Shown here one piece after another: positions 1 to 8,739 of a stretch of DNA of 54,669 bases. The position numbers were made by a program, and so were the translations under genes. Numbering within the stretch: position 1 is the stretch's first letter; each line of letters starts with the position of its first letter. The notes below the pieces were generated by a model. It was not told the DNA's origin, did not search any database, and saw nothing but the letters and a program-made list of their open reading frames with translations. The stretch is from a virus (taxonomy: Duplodnaviria > Caudoviricetes), in the IMG/VR virus record IMGVR_UViG_3300049167_000236, positions 1-54,669 of that record; one strand, 5' to 3'.

Positions 1-1290
1 TTAGCTGCCCTTTCCTCCTTTCATTCCGACATTCTCGTTTGGCCGTTCCGACAAGTCAGCGGCCGGCTCACCATCTTCGCCGGCCTCTAAATCAGCCAGG
101 AGCGCCAGGTGCTCGCGCCGCTTCAGGGCGATGGCACCCGCTTTCCGCTCGTTGACCTTGTTGTAGATCCGGGTCGTGCTGGTCTGATCGTGCCCTGTGA
201 TGGACCGCAGATCGTCTACGCCTGCATCGCCGAGTTCCGTCGCACCGCCGTGACGGAATCCCGTGAACGTCATCTTCTTGGGGAGCCCTGCCGCATCGCA
301 GATTTCGCGATGAACCTTCGACATGCGGCGTTCCGTGTAAGGCAGGCCAGTGCGCTCCTGTACTACGATCAGTAGTCCCGTCCGCGGTGTGCGCCCCAAC
401 TCCTCCTCAAGCTCGGGATAGAGCGGCACTTTCTGGCGGCCGACGACTTCATGGAGCGGCAGTCTCATCGGCTTGCCGGTCTTCGATTGCTTGAACGCAA
501 AGCTCTCGCCGGGCCGGTAGTCGGGCCAGACGAACCCGCGCTTCTTCTTACCGTCCGGGTCGACGAATCCGAACACGTCCCAGACGCGCTGGCAGAATTC
601 GAACGCCAGCGCCGCCGCGGTTGCCATCGACTGATAGCCCAGGTTGCGCGCTGTCTCGCGGTAGAGGTTGTACTCGGCGCGGCTCGTGTCTCGGTTGCCT
701 GCCTCCGCGCCGGTCTCGATCCCCATCTTGAGGAAGGGGTTCTCGGTGACACCGGTGGTCTTGTGGTGACGTACGGCCCAGGTCCAGACGAGGCGGCACA
801 CCTGCATGGCATACGACCCCATGCGCTTTCCGTAGGCCTTGAAGCGCTTGTAGAGGTTGTCGGCCGCCGCGGCGTCGATCGCGCCCGCGCGACGCTGCCC
901 GAACGTGCCCACCTTCATCGGCTCGGCACAGATCCGGTCCATGATGCGGTGATAGTCCTTCCGCGTCTTTGCGGATTTCGTCTTGTAGCGGTCCTGCCTG
1001 CGATACCATGCGAACAGCCACTGCACCGTGCCGGCTGCGCTCTCAGTGGTCTCGCCGTTCTTCCAGCTGTCGAAGGCCGCGTTGAGCGTCTCAGCCTTCT
1101 CAACAGCGGCGGCGAGTTTCGTCCCCAAGGGCTCAGATTCTAGCAGGCACGGACGACCATGCCGCTCGGCCGGCACGAGCTTTCCGTCCGGGCCCGGCTT
1201 CGGCCGAGCCCACGTCGGGAGCTCCCAGAAGTACGCAGTCGCACCGCTCGCGAGCAACTTGGCGCGGGTGTAGCGGGGGAGCTTAGCCAT
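1..1290 (-). CDS. int: Tyrosine recombinase / phage integrase
   Basis: QR..D (first Arg), QSKTG (Lys), GFRHGG, ITGH and RIY catalytic motifs; terminal position next to xis-like gene. Confidence 0.92.
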   Translation of the reverse strand: MAKLPRYTRAKLLASGATAYFWELPTWARPKPGPDGKLVPAERHGRPCLLESEPLGTKLAAAVEKAETLNAAFDSWKNGETTESAAGTVQWLFAWYRRQDRYKTKSAKTRKDYHRIMDRICAEPMKVGTFGQRRAGAIDAAAADNLYKRFKAYGKRMGSYAMQVCRLVWTWAVRHHKTTGVTENPFLKMGIETGAEAGNRDTSRAEYNLYRETARNLGYQSMATAAALAFEFCQRVWDVFGFVDPDGKKKRGFVWPDYRPGESFAFKQSKTGKPMRLPLHEVVGRQKVPLYPELEEELGRTPRTGLLIVVQERTGLPYTERRMSKVHREICDAAGLPKKMTFTGFRHGGATELGDAGVDDLRSITGHDQTSTTRIYNKVNERKAGAIALKRREHLALLADLEAGEDGEPAADLSERPNENVGMKGGKGS

Positions 1291-1552
1291 CGCCAAAGTC
1301 CAGGTCCTCCATCGGCGTCGGCGGTGCGCCGGTCCGATCAGACCATATGCTTTTCAACAAAACGTCAAGTTGCTCCCGCAGGCAGACCTTCTTGCCGTTC
1401 GGTCCGACCGGCTTGAAAACGATCTCTCCCTTGGCGACGCGCCGCCGCATCTCGCTCTCGGATAGCCGCGAGTAGGCTAGCGCCTCTTGCACGTCGAGCG
1501 CGGCGGGCCAGTCGGGCAGGTCCTTGAGAGTGATGGCGACGTGCGCGTTCAC
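1283..1552 (-). CDS. Putative excisionase / small HTH DNA-binding protein
   Basis: 89 aa, WPAALDVQEALAY...MRRRV AlpA/Xis-like pattern; overlaps integrase start. Confidence 0.65.
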   Translation of the reverse strand: MNAHVAITLKDLPDWPAALDVQEALAYSRLSESEMRRRVAKGEIVFKPVGPNGKKVCLREQLDVLLKSIWSDRTGAPPTPMEDLDFGDG

Positions 1553-2199
1553 CCTCGCCCCTCCCCCTTACCAGCGGAGAGGGCTTTGCGGGCGCACCGC
1601 AGGGCTTCGTTTCCGCCCCACATGGTGAAGTGAGGATCGACAGCGAACGCGCAGGCATCTGACCATGCCGTGGTGCGCGAACGAGCGATAGCCTCATATA
1701 AGACAGACGCATCAGGCGCGTCGGTCCCTTTCCTCAGGCCAGCATGAACACCTTCGCTGATGCTGTCGGCAGTAAACCCCTCAATGACTTTGACGCAATC
1801 CTCCAGCGCCTTCCTCATCCCTTCGAGTTCAGCCGAAAGAACGCCGGCCGCCGCGCGGGCACTGTCCTTGCAATCGCACGATACCTCTGGGTAGCCGTCT
1901 GGCAGGCGGGGGTCATCGCAGAACACCGTCTTGCCATCCAACGCTAACCCGCAGCCGCTCTCGGGCTTATCTCGTATCGCAACGGCAACCCGGTCTATCA
2001 GGTCACCTGTTTCGAGTTCAGGGGAGGGAGAGTGAGCTAGGCGATGGCGGGCGAAGGCTTGGACCACATGCCAGTCGTCAAGGCCGCCCTGCCTAATGTC
2101 CCCTATGTCTCCGGCATTGCCTCTCCAAGCATCGCAGACCGCAGCGGCTGCATCCCTGTCCGCCTGAATGACATCAACCTGTTGCGATAGGTTAGCCAT
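1549..2199 (-). CDS. Hypothetical phage protein
   Basis: ATG 2199 (MANLSQQV...), stop overlaps xis start. Confidence 0.65.
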   Translation of the reverse strand: MANLSQQVDVIQADRDAAAAVCDAWRGNAGDIGDIRQGGLDDWHVVQAFARHRLAHSPSPELETGDLIDRVAVAIRDKPESGCGLALDGKTVFCDDPRLPDGYPEVSCDCKDSARAAAGVLSAELEGMRKALEDCVKVIEGFTADSISEGVHAGLRKGTDAPDASVLYEAIARSRTTAWSDACAFAVDPHFTMWGGNEALRCARKALSAGKGEGRG

Positions 2200-2468
2200 G
2201 ACCTTGTTTTCCTTGGGGAAGTTGGGGCGCATCGGCAGGGCCGACCGCCGTCATAAAACGACGGTTGAGCGCTTCGGCACACAGCCGGGCCATTTCTTCA
2301 TGGAAGTCGTCGGACGCGCCGTTGCTGTCCACCGTCAGCACCGGGAAGTGATTGCAAACGGCCGGATGCTCAACATCCCACACTTGCCAGACCCAAGGTC
2401 TTTCAGGGACCTGTCGGACTTCGTAGCACGCCTGGATCACCTCTACCTGTTGGGATAGGTTAGTCATG
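2161..2468. repeat. 40-bp imperfect direct repeat (2161-2200 / 2429-2468, 34/40 identical) encoding near-identical N-termini of two adjacent genes
   Basis: cgcctgaatgacatcaacctgttgcgataggttagccatg vs cgcctggatcacctctacctgttgggataggttagtcatg. Confidence 0.85.
2192..2467 (-). CDS. Hypothetical phage protein
   Basis: ATG 2467 (MTNLSQQV...) with GGAGG RBS; overlapping gene chain. Confidence 0.65.
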   Translation of the reverse strand: MTNLSQQVEVIQACYEVRQVPERPWVWQVWDVEHPAVCNHFPVLTVDSNGASDDFHEEMARLCAEALNRRFMTAVGPADAPQLPQGKQGHG

Positions 2469-2681
2469 GAGGCCTCCAGAGTTGGGCGCATGGCTTGCAG
2501 CCACCGGGCTTTCGTCCTTCGGATCGAGCCCCTGACGGGTCTCGCCGGTTCCCGCTTCAATCCCTTGCGTGGGCCACATACCTCGCAATTGAAGGTATCC
2601 TTCAATAGCCTCTTGGTAGCTAAGAACGGCGACTGTTCGAGCGCAGCCGGTGATGGCATCCAAGGCTTCATCGTGCGTCAT
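2460..2681 (-). CDS. Hypothetical phage protein
   Basis: ATGA coupling with upstream gene at 2678-2681; 73 aa. Confidence 0.55.
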   Translation of the reverse strand: MTHDEALDAITGCARTVAVLSYQEAIEGYLQLRGMWPTQGIEAGTGETRQGLDPKDESPVAASHAPNSGGLHD

Positions 2682-3010
2682 GTGAAACTCCATGCGATCA
2701 CCAACCAAAGAGCTTTGCAGGCCATATGAATTGCCTGGTCGGTATTGAGGCCAATCTTGCCCCGGCACTTCAGGTCATCAGTGATGAAGTGGATCGCGGC
2801 TTCAGCGAGGAACAGCCACCAGGTGCCGGTGATCAGCGCGACGAAGCCGCCGTGGATCGCAGCATGGGCTCCGAGCGCCTGCCACCATGGAAAACCGGGG
2901 ATCGGCGCAGTGCGGTTCTTCGCCTTGGCGAGGAAGTCACCTTGCAGCGGGTAGTCAGCGATTGCGTGACCGGCGACCAGCGCCACTGCCATCATAGCGA
3001 TGTCCATCAC
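2678..3010 (-). CDS. DUF3307-like membrane protein
   Basis: HAIADYPLQ...HAAIHG...HFITDD...DQAIH histidine pattern with hydrophobic segments. Confidence 0.75.
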   Translation of the reverse strand: MMDIAMMAVALVAGHAIADYPLQGDFLAKAKNRTAPIPGFPWWQALGAHAAIHGGFVALITGTWWLFLAEAAIHFITDDLKCRGKIGLNTDQAIHMACKALWLVIAWSFT

Positions 3011-3159
3011 CTTCTCCCCTTAAACAGAGATAGAATACTCCGGGGTTCTTCGAGGGGTTGGAGGGGGCCATGCCAGTGAAGGCGGTTGCCCCTGATGTGG
3101 TCAGAGGGGCGGTGCTCCCAGGGCTTGGAATTGCCGGTGGTGGTGTAGCGGGGGCTCAT
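3007..3159 (-). CDS. Small hypothetical protein (50 aa, below ORF-track cutoff)
   Basis: MSPRYTTTGNSKPWEH...LFKGRR; fills the gap exactly with 4-bp overlaps at both ends. Confidence 0.55.
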   Translation of the reverse strand: MSPRYTTTGNSKPWEHRPSDHIRGNRLHWHGPLQPLEEPRSILSLFKGRR

Positions 3160-3545
3160 TGAACTATGACCACGTCGTCGACATTGAGCGGCTGCGTCCA
3201 GCGGTAGCCTTCAGTGGACGTCCAGATGCGATCCCACCCGTTGCCTTCCATGTTGCTGAGCAGGATCCGCTCATCACTCCGGCCGCGCGCCCGCACTTCA
3301 TCGAGGGTTTCCACCTTGCCGCCCAAGTAGTGCATCGGACCCGTGGCGATCACCTTGCTGTCAAGATCATCCGGCCCTCGACCGCGTGTGGTGAACCGGA
3401 AGCCGTACGGACGGGCGCCATGCCGCTCCTTGATGTCGCTGCTCATGGCGACGGCTAGGTCCAGATCCCATGACAGAATTGGCTTGGTGCTCGTCTCCGC
3501 GACGAACGTGCCGGGGCTGAAGAAAGTCACGAAATGCGCTTCCAT
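3156..3545 (-). CDS. Hypothetical phage protein
   Basis: Coupled ORF (HFVTFFSPGTFVAET...) with protein-like composition. Confidence 0.7.
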   Translation of the reverse strand: MEAHFVTFFSPGTFVAETSTKPILSWDLDLAVAMSSDIKERHGARPYGFRFTTRGRGPDDLDSKVIATGPMHYLGGKVETLDEVRARGRSDERILLSNMEGNGWDRIWTSTEGYRWTQPLNVDDVVIVQ

Positions 3546-3790
3546 CACTGCTCTCCCTTGGAATCAGCGGCCGGCGCATCGTCGATGGTCTCGATGACGA
3601 TGCGGACTGGCACGAACGAGAACTTGCGCAGGCACTCCTCGCGCTTCTCGGTGTCCTGACCCCAGAACTTTGAGATATGGGCGCGCGCCTCGGCCTCGTT
3701 GTCGAATGCGAGCGGGGTCCAGAAATCGCCGTCCGCATTGAGGATGCCGATGAACTCGTGGCGATAATCGTGGGTATCTATCCGGCTCAT
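3545..3790 (-). CDS. Hypothetical phage protein
   Basis: ATGA overlap with recT stop; 81 aa. Confidence 0.65.
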   Translation of the reverse strand: MSRIDTHDYRHEFIGILNADGDFWTPLAFDNEAEARAHISKFWGQDTEKREECLRKFSFVPVRIVIETIDDAPAADSKGEQ

Positions 3791-4770
3791 GCCACCGCCC
3801 TCCGCTTGCGCAGCGCTTCGGCCTCGAGCCTGCTCTTCTCCAGGTCGGGAACGTGCGTCGCCTTGGCGATCTCTTCGAGGATCTCGTCGATCGCGTCGTG
3901 AGTGTCGGCGGCGGCGATGCGGGTGGTGATTTCGTCCGACCAAGCCTGGAAATCACCGGAAGACTCTACCTCCCGTTCGACCTCCTCAAACTGCGCATCC
4001 TGATCACCATCCTCAAGATGGTGCTCCAGCGCATCCAAACGGCTAACGGGCGCATCCTCGACGAGCCCGCCTTCGATGACCGCCATCTCAGGCTTGGCCC
4101 CCTTGTGAGCCATCGTCTCGTCGCGGCCGAATAGACCTTCCTCGATGTCGGTGGACGTCGGCAGGCGCTTGGATAGCCGGCGCATGACGGTCTTGCGCGC
4201 CATCTGGTCCCACCAGTCTTTCCACGGGCCGTTGTTCTTCGCGCGGCTGACGTTCCGAACCTTCTCGATGTCCTCCAGGCTCATCACTTCAAGCAGTTGC
4301 GAACCATCTTTCAGGACGGCTGTGGCATAGGCTCCGATCGGCTTCCCGCGCGGCTTATCGAGCGGCGGTGGAGTGTGCTCGACGTCCTCGTCGAAGCCGT
4401 ACTTCACCACGAAGTGATCGTTCTCGTAGACCACCTGCGAGCTGACCTTCTTGACCTCGCCCGACTGACGGATCTTCTTCAGCACGCCGGCGATCATCGG
4501 CATGGCCTGGGCCTTGTTTCCGAACATGACGATCGCGCTCTCGTGGCCGTCGGGTAGCAGCCCATCCTGCGCGAGGCGGACGACGGCACCGAACAGCGAG
4601 CGGCGGTCAGCGTCGAGCAGCGCCGGGTTGTTCTGGATCGCCGTCTGCGTGACGCGGGTGAACTTCTCGACGGTGACGTGCGCCGGAAGGGCGGCTTTGA
4701 ACTCTGGCGCCATCGCCTGCAGGTTCTGGCGGATGACGGCGATCGGGTTGGCGTTGGCTTGGCTGGCCAT
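3787..4770 (-). CDS. recT: RecT-family single-strand annealing protein
   Basis: ALPAHVTVEKFTR...GLLPDG...GPWKDWWDQMARKTVMRRLSKRLP signature. Confidence 0.9.
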   Translation of the reverse strand: MASQANANPIAVIRQNLQAMAPEFKAALPAHVTVEKFTRVTQTAIQNNPALLDADRRSLFGAVVRLAQDGLLPDGHESAIVMFGNKAQAMPMIAGVLKKIRQSGEVKKVSSQVVYENDHFVVKYGFDEDVEHTPPPLDKPRGKPIGAYATAVLKDGSQLLEVMSLEDIEKVRNVSRAKNNGPWKDWWDQMARKTVMRRLSKRLPTSTDIEEGLFGRDETMAHKGAKPEMAVIEGGLVEDAPVSRLDALEHHLEDGDQDAQFEEVEREVESSGDFQAWSDEITTRIAAADTHDAIDEILEEIAKATHVPDLEKSRLEAEALRKRRAVA

Positions 4771-4771
4771 G

Positions 4772-5473
4772 TCAGTTTGCTCCTTGTTCGCGGCGGTCCA
4801 ATTCCCGCTGCGCGTTCCATTTCAGATCGGATTCCATCGTGGCGCTATTGGTCATCCAGCGGAGGAAGCCGCCGTCGACGTCGACCCATTTCTTGCCTCG
4901 CCATTCGGCGCCGATGGGGCATGTCGGCAGAAGCCTCGGCTCCTTCGTCCAAGCGACCATTTCGCGCCCGGTGATGCCGGTGTTGAACAGCGCCAGCAGG
5001 ATATGTGCCGTGACATAAGCGTCGGGCCCCGCGCGGTGCGACGGCTGCGTCTTCACATGATCCAGGGTGATAAGACCCTCATCCTCCAGCCAGTATCGCA
5101 GCGTGCCGTTGCTGTGGCCGGGTGCCTCGGGCCAGACCCGGAGCGCGGCTTTGTAGGTGCAGATCACCGGCAGCGGAGAGGTGAAGAACTTCGTCTCGAA
5201 CTCGGCATTGTGGGCGGCGATAGCATTGATGCCCACCGAGCTGGCGAGAATGCGCTCAGGATTGAACTCGTCCCAGCCTTCGCAGTCGGAGAGCATGATG
5301 TGATGGACCGCGCGGACCTCTGGCGGCATTTCGCGGACGCCGCACATCCAAGTCGCCGGGAATGCGTCGACGCGCTTTTCCTCCAGGTGCAGGTCGCACA
5401 TTCCGACCTCACACACTTGAGCCGGCGGTTCGGTGCCCGTGGTTTCGAAATCGATGACGCGAATGACGGTCAT
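4772..5473 (-). CDS. DEDDh 3'-5' exonuclease (ExoX-like)
   Basis: IDFETTG (ExoI), AHNAEFE (ExoII), HRAGPDAYVT (ExoIII). Confidence 0.88.
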   Translation of the reverse strand: MTVIRVIDFETTGTEPPAQVCEVGMCDLHLEEKRVDAFPATWMCGVREMPPEVRAVHHIMLSDCEGWDEFNPERILASSVGINAIAAHNAEFETKFFTSPLPVICTYKAALRVWPEAPGHSNGTLRYWLEDEGLITLDHVKTQPSHRAGPDAYVTAHILLALFNTGITGREMVAWTKEPRLLPTCPIGAEWRGKKWVDVDGGFLRWMTNSATMESDLKWNAQRELDRREQGAN

Positions 5474-6405
5474 GCTTCGCGTTCCTTGATCGTGAGGCGC
5501 CGGTAAGCCTTCCGGCCCCGGATGATTTCGCCAGGCTCGGCGGTCCGCTCGGGTATGGCGGCAACCAGTGTGGACCGGATCATGAAGCCGCTGGCGAACC
5601 CGACGGACGCATCACGCAGCTTGTCGAATAGCTCGGCGGCCGCGGCTTCCTTGCGCTTGGTGGCCTCGCGAACCTCTTCGCCGGCGGCCAAGTATTCGGC
5701 AGCAGCTATCGCGGCGCGATTGTCGCCCTGTAGGTCGATCGTCTCGTCGCCTTGCTCGCCGTAGAGTTCTTTGATCGGATCCAGGTCGCGCGCGTAGTCC
5801 GGCTTCGGCGGGGTGCCGGCTTCGACAGTGCGCCAGAACTCGTCGACGCGCTTCTCAATCTCGGCATAGACCTTGCGGCGGAAGTCGTACTGAAACCGTT
5901 CGAGCTTGTTGCCGCCGACCAAGACAAGCACATCGCCCCATTGGACGCCGGCGAGACCCTGATAGGTCTGCGACTGCAACAGGTAATGCAGCGGCGGCTC
6001 GTCGCCCCAGCCCTTGCGGATCAACCAGTCGGCGGTCTTGATCTCGAGGACGCCACGGCCACGTTGAGGGCAGATAGCGATAGCGTCGGGATGCCCACCC
6101 AGCCCCTTGTTGTTGGTCAGACGCTGGTCGCGCCCCTCGATCGTGTAGCCGTAGCGTTCGACCGCAGCTTCGAGGACTGCGGCCTCAAGCTTGACGCCCC
6201 AGTATATCCGCTCGTTGTCCGGCGTGCCATCATCTGCGATCGCGTTGAAGTCGGGCACAGCGATGTTGCCAGCCTTCCGGTGATAGAGCTCGAACCTGGT
6301 CAGATACGGGCTAGCGTCGAACAGCGCAGCGACTTCGCTGGCGCCTACGACGCTGGCGCGGAACGTTGCGTCGTCCATAGCTTCGTGGCGGAGCGGCGCG
6401 TTCAC
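5470..6405 (-). CDS. YqaJ / lambda-exonuclease-family recombination nuclease
   Basis: VGASEVAA...SPY...WG..LE, HPDA, LEIKT, YLLQSQTY motifs; adjacent to RecT. Confidence 0.88.
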   Translation of the reverse strand: MNAPLRHEAMDDATFRASVVGASEVAALFDASPYLTRFELYHRKAGNIAVPDFNAIADDGTPDNERIYWGVKLEAAVLEAAVERYGYTIEGRDQRLTNNKGLGGHPDAIAICPQRGRGVLEIKTADWLIRKGWGDEPPLHYLLQSQTYQGLAGVQWGDVLVLVGGNKLERFQYDFRRKVYAEIEKRVDEFWRTVEAGTPPKPDYARDLDPIKELYGEQGDETIDLQGDNRAAIAAAEYLAAGEEVREATKRKEAAAAELFDKLRDASVGFASGFMIRSTLVAAIPERTAEPGEIIRGRKAYRRLTIKEREA

Positions 6406-6605
6406 CCCTGCCCTCCCTGATCCGCGCCGTCCGTGGCCAGCTCGGGAGGGAGGGAATCCGCCACGGCGGCGGGGGAGGCGAATGGATTCAGGCCGGCGTG
6501 ATGGATCGCTTCGGCCAAGCCAAAGACAGCGAGCGCAATGGCGGCTCCGAATGCGAGGCCGGCTAACTCCTGTCGGTACTCAGCCAGGAAGGTGCGGAGG
6601 GTCAT
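6402..6605 (-). CDS. Small membrane protein
   Basis: 67 aa, one hydrophobic segment, 4-bp overlaps. Confidence 0.55.
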   Translation of the reverse strand: MTLRTFLAEYRQELAGLAFGAAIALAVFGLAEAIHHAGLNPFASPAAVADSLPPELATDGADQGGQG

Positions 6606-6991
6606 GACTTGGACCCCGCCAGTTCCATGCCGCGCTTGAGGGCTGCGAGGGCAATGGTAACTCGCCGCCCGTTGTAGTCGGGCGCCATGGCTGGATAGCT
6701 GGCGCGAACAATCTCCTTCGCTTCGATCAGAAGTGGATCAACAGGATCGGGGAGGATGAAGGGAGCGAGTAGGCCGCGAGTGCTCGAAGCATCTGCAATG
6801 CCCAATTCTGCCAATCGGCCATCCACGGCCTTCGCCGCATCGGATACCTGCTGGATGTAGCGGGCAAGGGCCGTCAGCGGTGGATAGGCATCACCGTCGC
6901 AGTGGCGAGGCTCGAACGGGCCAACGAACTGATCTTCGCTGTTCGCCAACTCGCACGCCCGCAGCTTCGCCTGTACTGATACTTCGGTCAC
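6602..6991 (-). CDS. Hypothetical phage protein
   Basis: GTG 6991 after GGAGGAG RBS; coupled chain. Confidence 0.65.
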   Translation of the reverse strand: MTEVSVQAKLRACELANSEDQFVGPFEPRHCDGDAYPPLTALARYIQQVSDAAKAVDGRLAELGIADASSTRGLLAPFILPDPVDPLLIEAKEIVRASYPAMAPDYNGRRVTIALAALKRGMELAGSKS

Positions 6992-7290
6992 TTGCTCCTC
7001 CATTCAGATTGGAGGGGAGCAGTCACTTGGGTGCCCTCACGCGCGTTCATCTGCTCGCGCGTCTCGAACTGAGGGTGGCCGCATTCAGGCTGCCAGCAGG
7101 CTTCCCAATGACGCAGGTTGACGTCATCGAACTGAATGTCGTTTCGGCAATCGGCGCAGTACCATGCGTAGCTGCCATGGTTGTACCAGTTGGCAGGTTC
7201 AGCTTGGCAACGCTGGCGGTTGCAGGCGCCGTCTTCCAAGCCCTTGTTCGGCTTGTGCGCTGCGTCGATCGGCAGATCACCGTGGGCCAT
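6988..7290 (-). CDS. Cys-rich hypothetical protein (possible Zn-binding)
   Basis: CNRQRCQ...YCADC; GGAG RBS before ATG 7290. Confidence 0.6.
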   Translation of the reverse strand: MAHGDLPIDAAHKPNKGLEDGACNRQRCQAEPANWYNHGSYAWYCADCRNDIQFDDVNLRHWEACWQPECGHPQFETREQMNAREGTQVTAPLQSEWRSK

Positions 7291-7315
7291 TTGGTTCTCT
7301 CCATTCAGATTGGAG
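6998..7315. repeat. 17-bp exact direct repeat CTCCATTCAGATTGGAG (6998-7014, 7299-7315)
   Basis: Identical copies at consecutive gene junctions; CTCCA/TGGAG inverted arms. Confidence 0.85.
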
Positions 7316-7447
7316 CTCTTCCCAGCGCTTCGGATCTTCATCTCGAAGGCTGGAGATGTGCTGTTCGATTGTGAAAGAGGGTGAGCACTCTCGGTCATCG
7401 TGGGAGATGCTGCCGTGGCGGATGGTATGGGGAACCCAGCGGGTCAT
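7277..7447 (-). CDS. Small hypothetical protein
   Basis: ATGA overlap with methyltransferase stop; 56 aa. Confidence 0.5.
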   Translation of the reverse strand: MTRWVPHTIRHGSISHDDRECSPSFTIEQHISSLRDEDPKRWEELQSEWREPNGPR

Positions 7448-8088
7448 GCTGCCCTCCGCGATCGTGCAAGCAGGTAATCCCCCCACTGCTGAGCCATGGC
7501 TTCAGCAATGCCGGTGAATGATTTTGATCGCCCGTGCCCACTCCATTTGATGCTAGGCAGTGGAGATTTCTTACGCGAGCCACCTCGGTAGCTATTGGTG
7601 CCCCAATTGTGGGTGGGCTCCACTACGCTTGTCGGAGCAAGCTTCGGCAGATTGCGCAGCCAGAGGCATGTCTTCTTGTTGAACGGGTCGCCAAACTGCC
7701 AAGGCTGGATGATCTGGTCCGCCTTACGGAATACAGTTCCCATGATGCCGACTGGGTTCTCGACGGCCACATGGGGAACGGGGGCCTTCATCAACCTGAG
7801 AAAGAAGTCGATCGCCGCCTGCTGCCGACCATCTTCCCGTTTAGCGGGCCAATACTGTGCGCCTGACGCTGCAAGATGGTTGCATGGGGGGTGCGCAATC
7901 AGCAGATCCCAAGGTTGGTTCCAGAACTCCTTGGCCCACAACAATTCAAGAACGTCGGCCGTCCAATGCCACTGCGGATCACCCTCGGTGGGCAGTAGGT
8001 CGCATGACCAGGCATCGAAGCCTCGAGCCCGGAAGGCGTCGCGAACGGTTGCGGAATACTCGCAGGCCACGAGAACACGCCCGCTCAC
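7444..8088 (-). CDS. Compact DNA cytosine-5 methyltransferase (orphan)
   Basis: VLVACEYS (motif I variant), AWSCDLL, IAHPPC (motif IV), VENPVG (motif VI), RSKSFTGIAEAMA (motif X-like). Confidence 0.82.
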   Translation of the reverse strand: MSGRVLVACEYSATVRDAFRARGFDAWSCDLLPTEGDPQWHWTADVLELLWAKEFWNQPWDLLIAHPPCNHLAASGAQYWPAKREDGRQQAAIDFFLRLMKAPVPHVAVENPVGIMGTVFRKADQIIQPWQFGDPFNKKTCLWLRNLPKLAPTSVVEPTHNWGTNSYRGGSRKKSPLPSIKWSGHGRSKSFTGIAEAMAQQWGDYLLARSRRAA

Positions 8089-8396
8089 AACGAAGTCTCG
8101 TGGCTAAGGCCAGTCCGGCACTCAAACCGATACACAGCACTACGGAAAGCCTCTTCCCGCTCTACCTGGGCAAAGCACTCTTCCAGATCAGCGATGAACT
8201 CTGCCCGCTCTTCAGGATCCTTGGTGGTGGCTGCATCGAAAGCCGCAGCGAAGATGTCATCCTCGCCAGCCTTCTCAGCTTCCAAGGCGATCGAGATAAG
8301 CGCAGCCTTCTGGCTCTCCGTTCCCTTTGAGGCTTTCCAGCGAAGGGGCCAGCTAGGGTTGAGCTTGGGGGCGGTGATGGGCTGGTGCAGGGTCAT
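8085..8396 (-). CDS. Hypothetical phage protein
   Basis: Coupled ORF, 103 aa. Confidence 0.6.
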   Translation of the reverse strand: MTLHQPITAPKLNPSWPLRWKASKGTESQKAALISIALEAEKAGEDDIFAAAFDAATTKDPEERAEFIADLEECFAQVEREEAFRSAVYRFECRTGLSHETSL

Positions 8397-8647
8397 GCCG
8401 CCACCTCGGACGACTTGGCGCGCCAGTGCGTCGGGTTAAACGTGAACACGCCGTTCGGCAGGATGAAGCCGCTGGAGCAGTGCCAATGGCCGCTGTCATC
8501 CACTTCACCATCACAGTCGTAGTTGCGGTTGAGGACGTGCATCACGTCCACCCGTTGACCTGCGGGCGGCACATTCGCCGCACGGATCCAGCCATCATCC
8601 CGAACGTCGTCGAGAAGCTGGTGCAGATCTTCTTTGGTGAGAAGCAT
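8393..8647 (-). CDS. Hypothetical protein, first gene of the leftward early operon
   Basis: GGAG RBS; WIRA..PP...PTHWR pattern reminiscent of DUF551. Confidence 0.6.
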   Translation of the reverse strand: MLLTKEDLHQLLDDVRDDGWIRAANVPPAGQRVDVMHVLNRNYDCDGEVDDSGHWHCSSGFILPNGVFTFNPTHWRAKSSEVAA

Positions 8648-8699
8648 GGCTTGATCTCCATTCCGGCTGCGTTGGCTCGCCGGGTGTCTGGAGATCGGT

Positions 8700-8739
8700 C
8701 TATAGGTTCAGCTATAGCCAGTCAATAGGCATGACTATA
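8700..8739. promoter_or_regulatory. Left operator/promoter (OL/PL): two ATAG-N6-CTAT sites (8702-8715, 8725-8738)
   Basis: AT-rich island with the same palindrome as in the cI-cro intergenic region. Confidence 0.75.

Noticed and set aside
1-60. att core site
   Set aside because: Window is cut at gene ends; no matching repeat seen at the right end
3011-3155. Apparent intergenic gap as ncRNA/tRNA
   Set aside because: Explained by a coupled 50-aa ORF; no tRNA cloverleaf recognised here or elsewhere by eye
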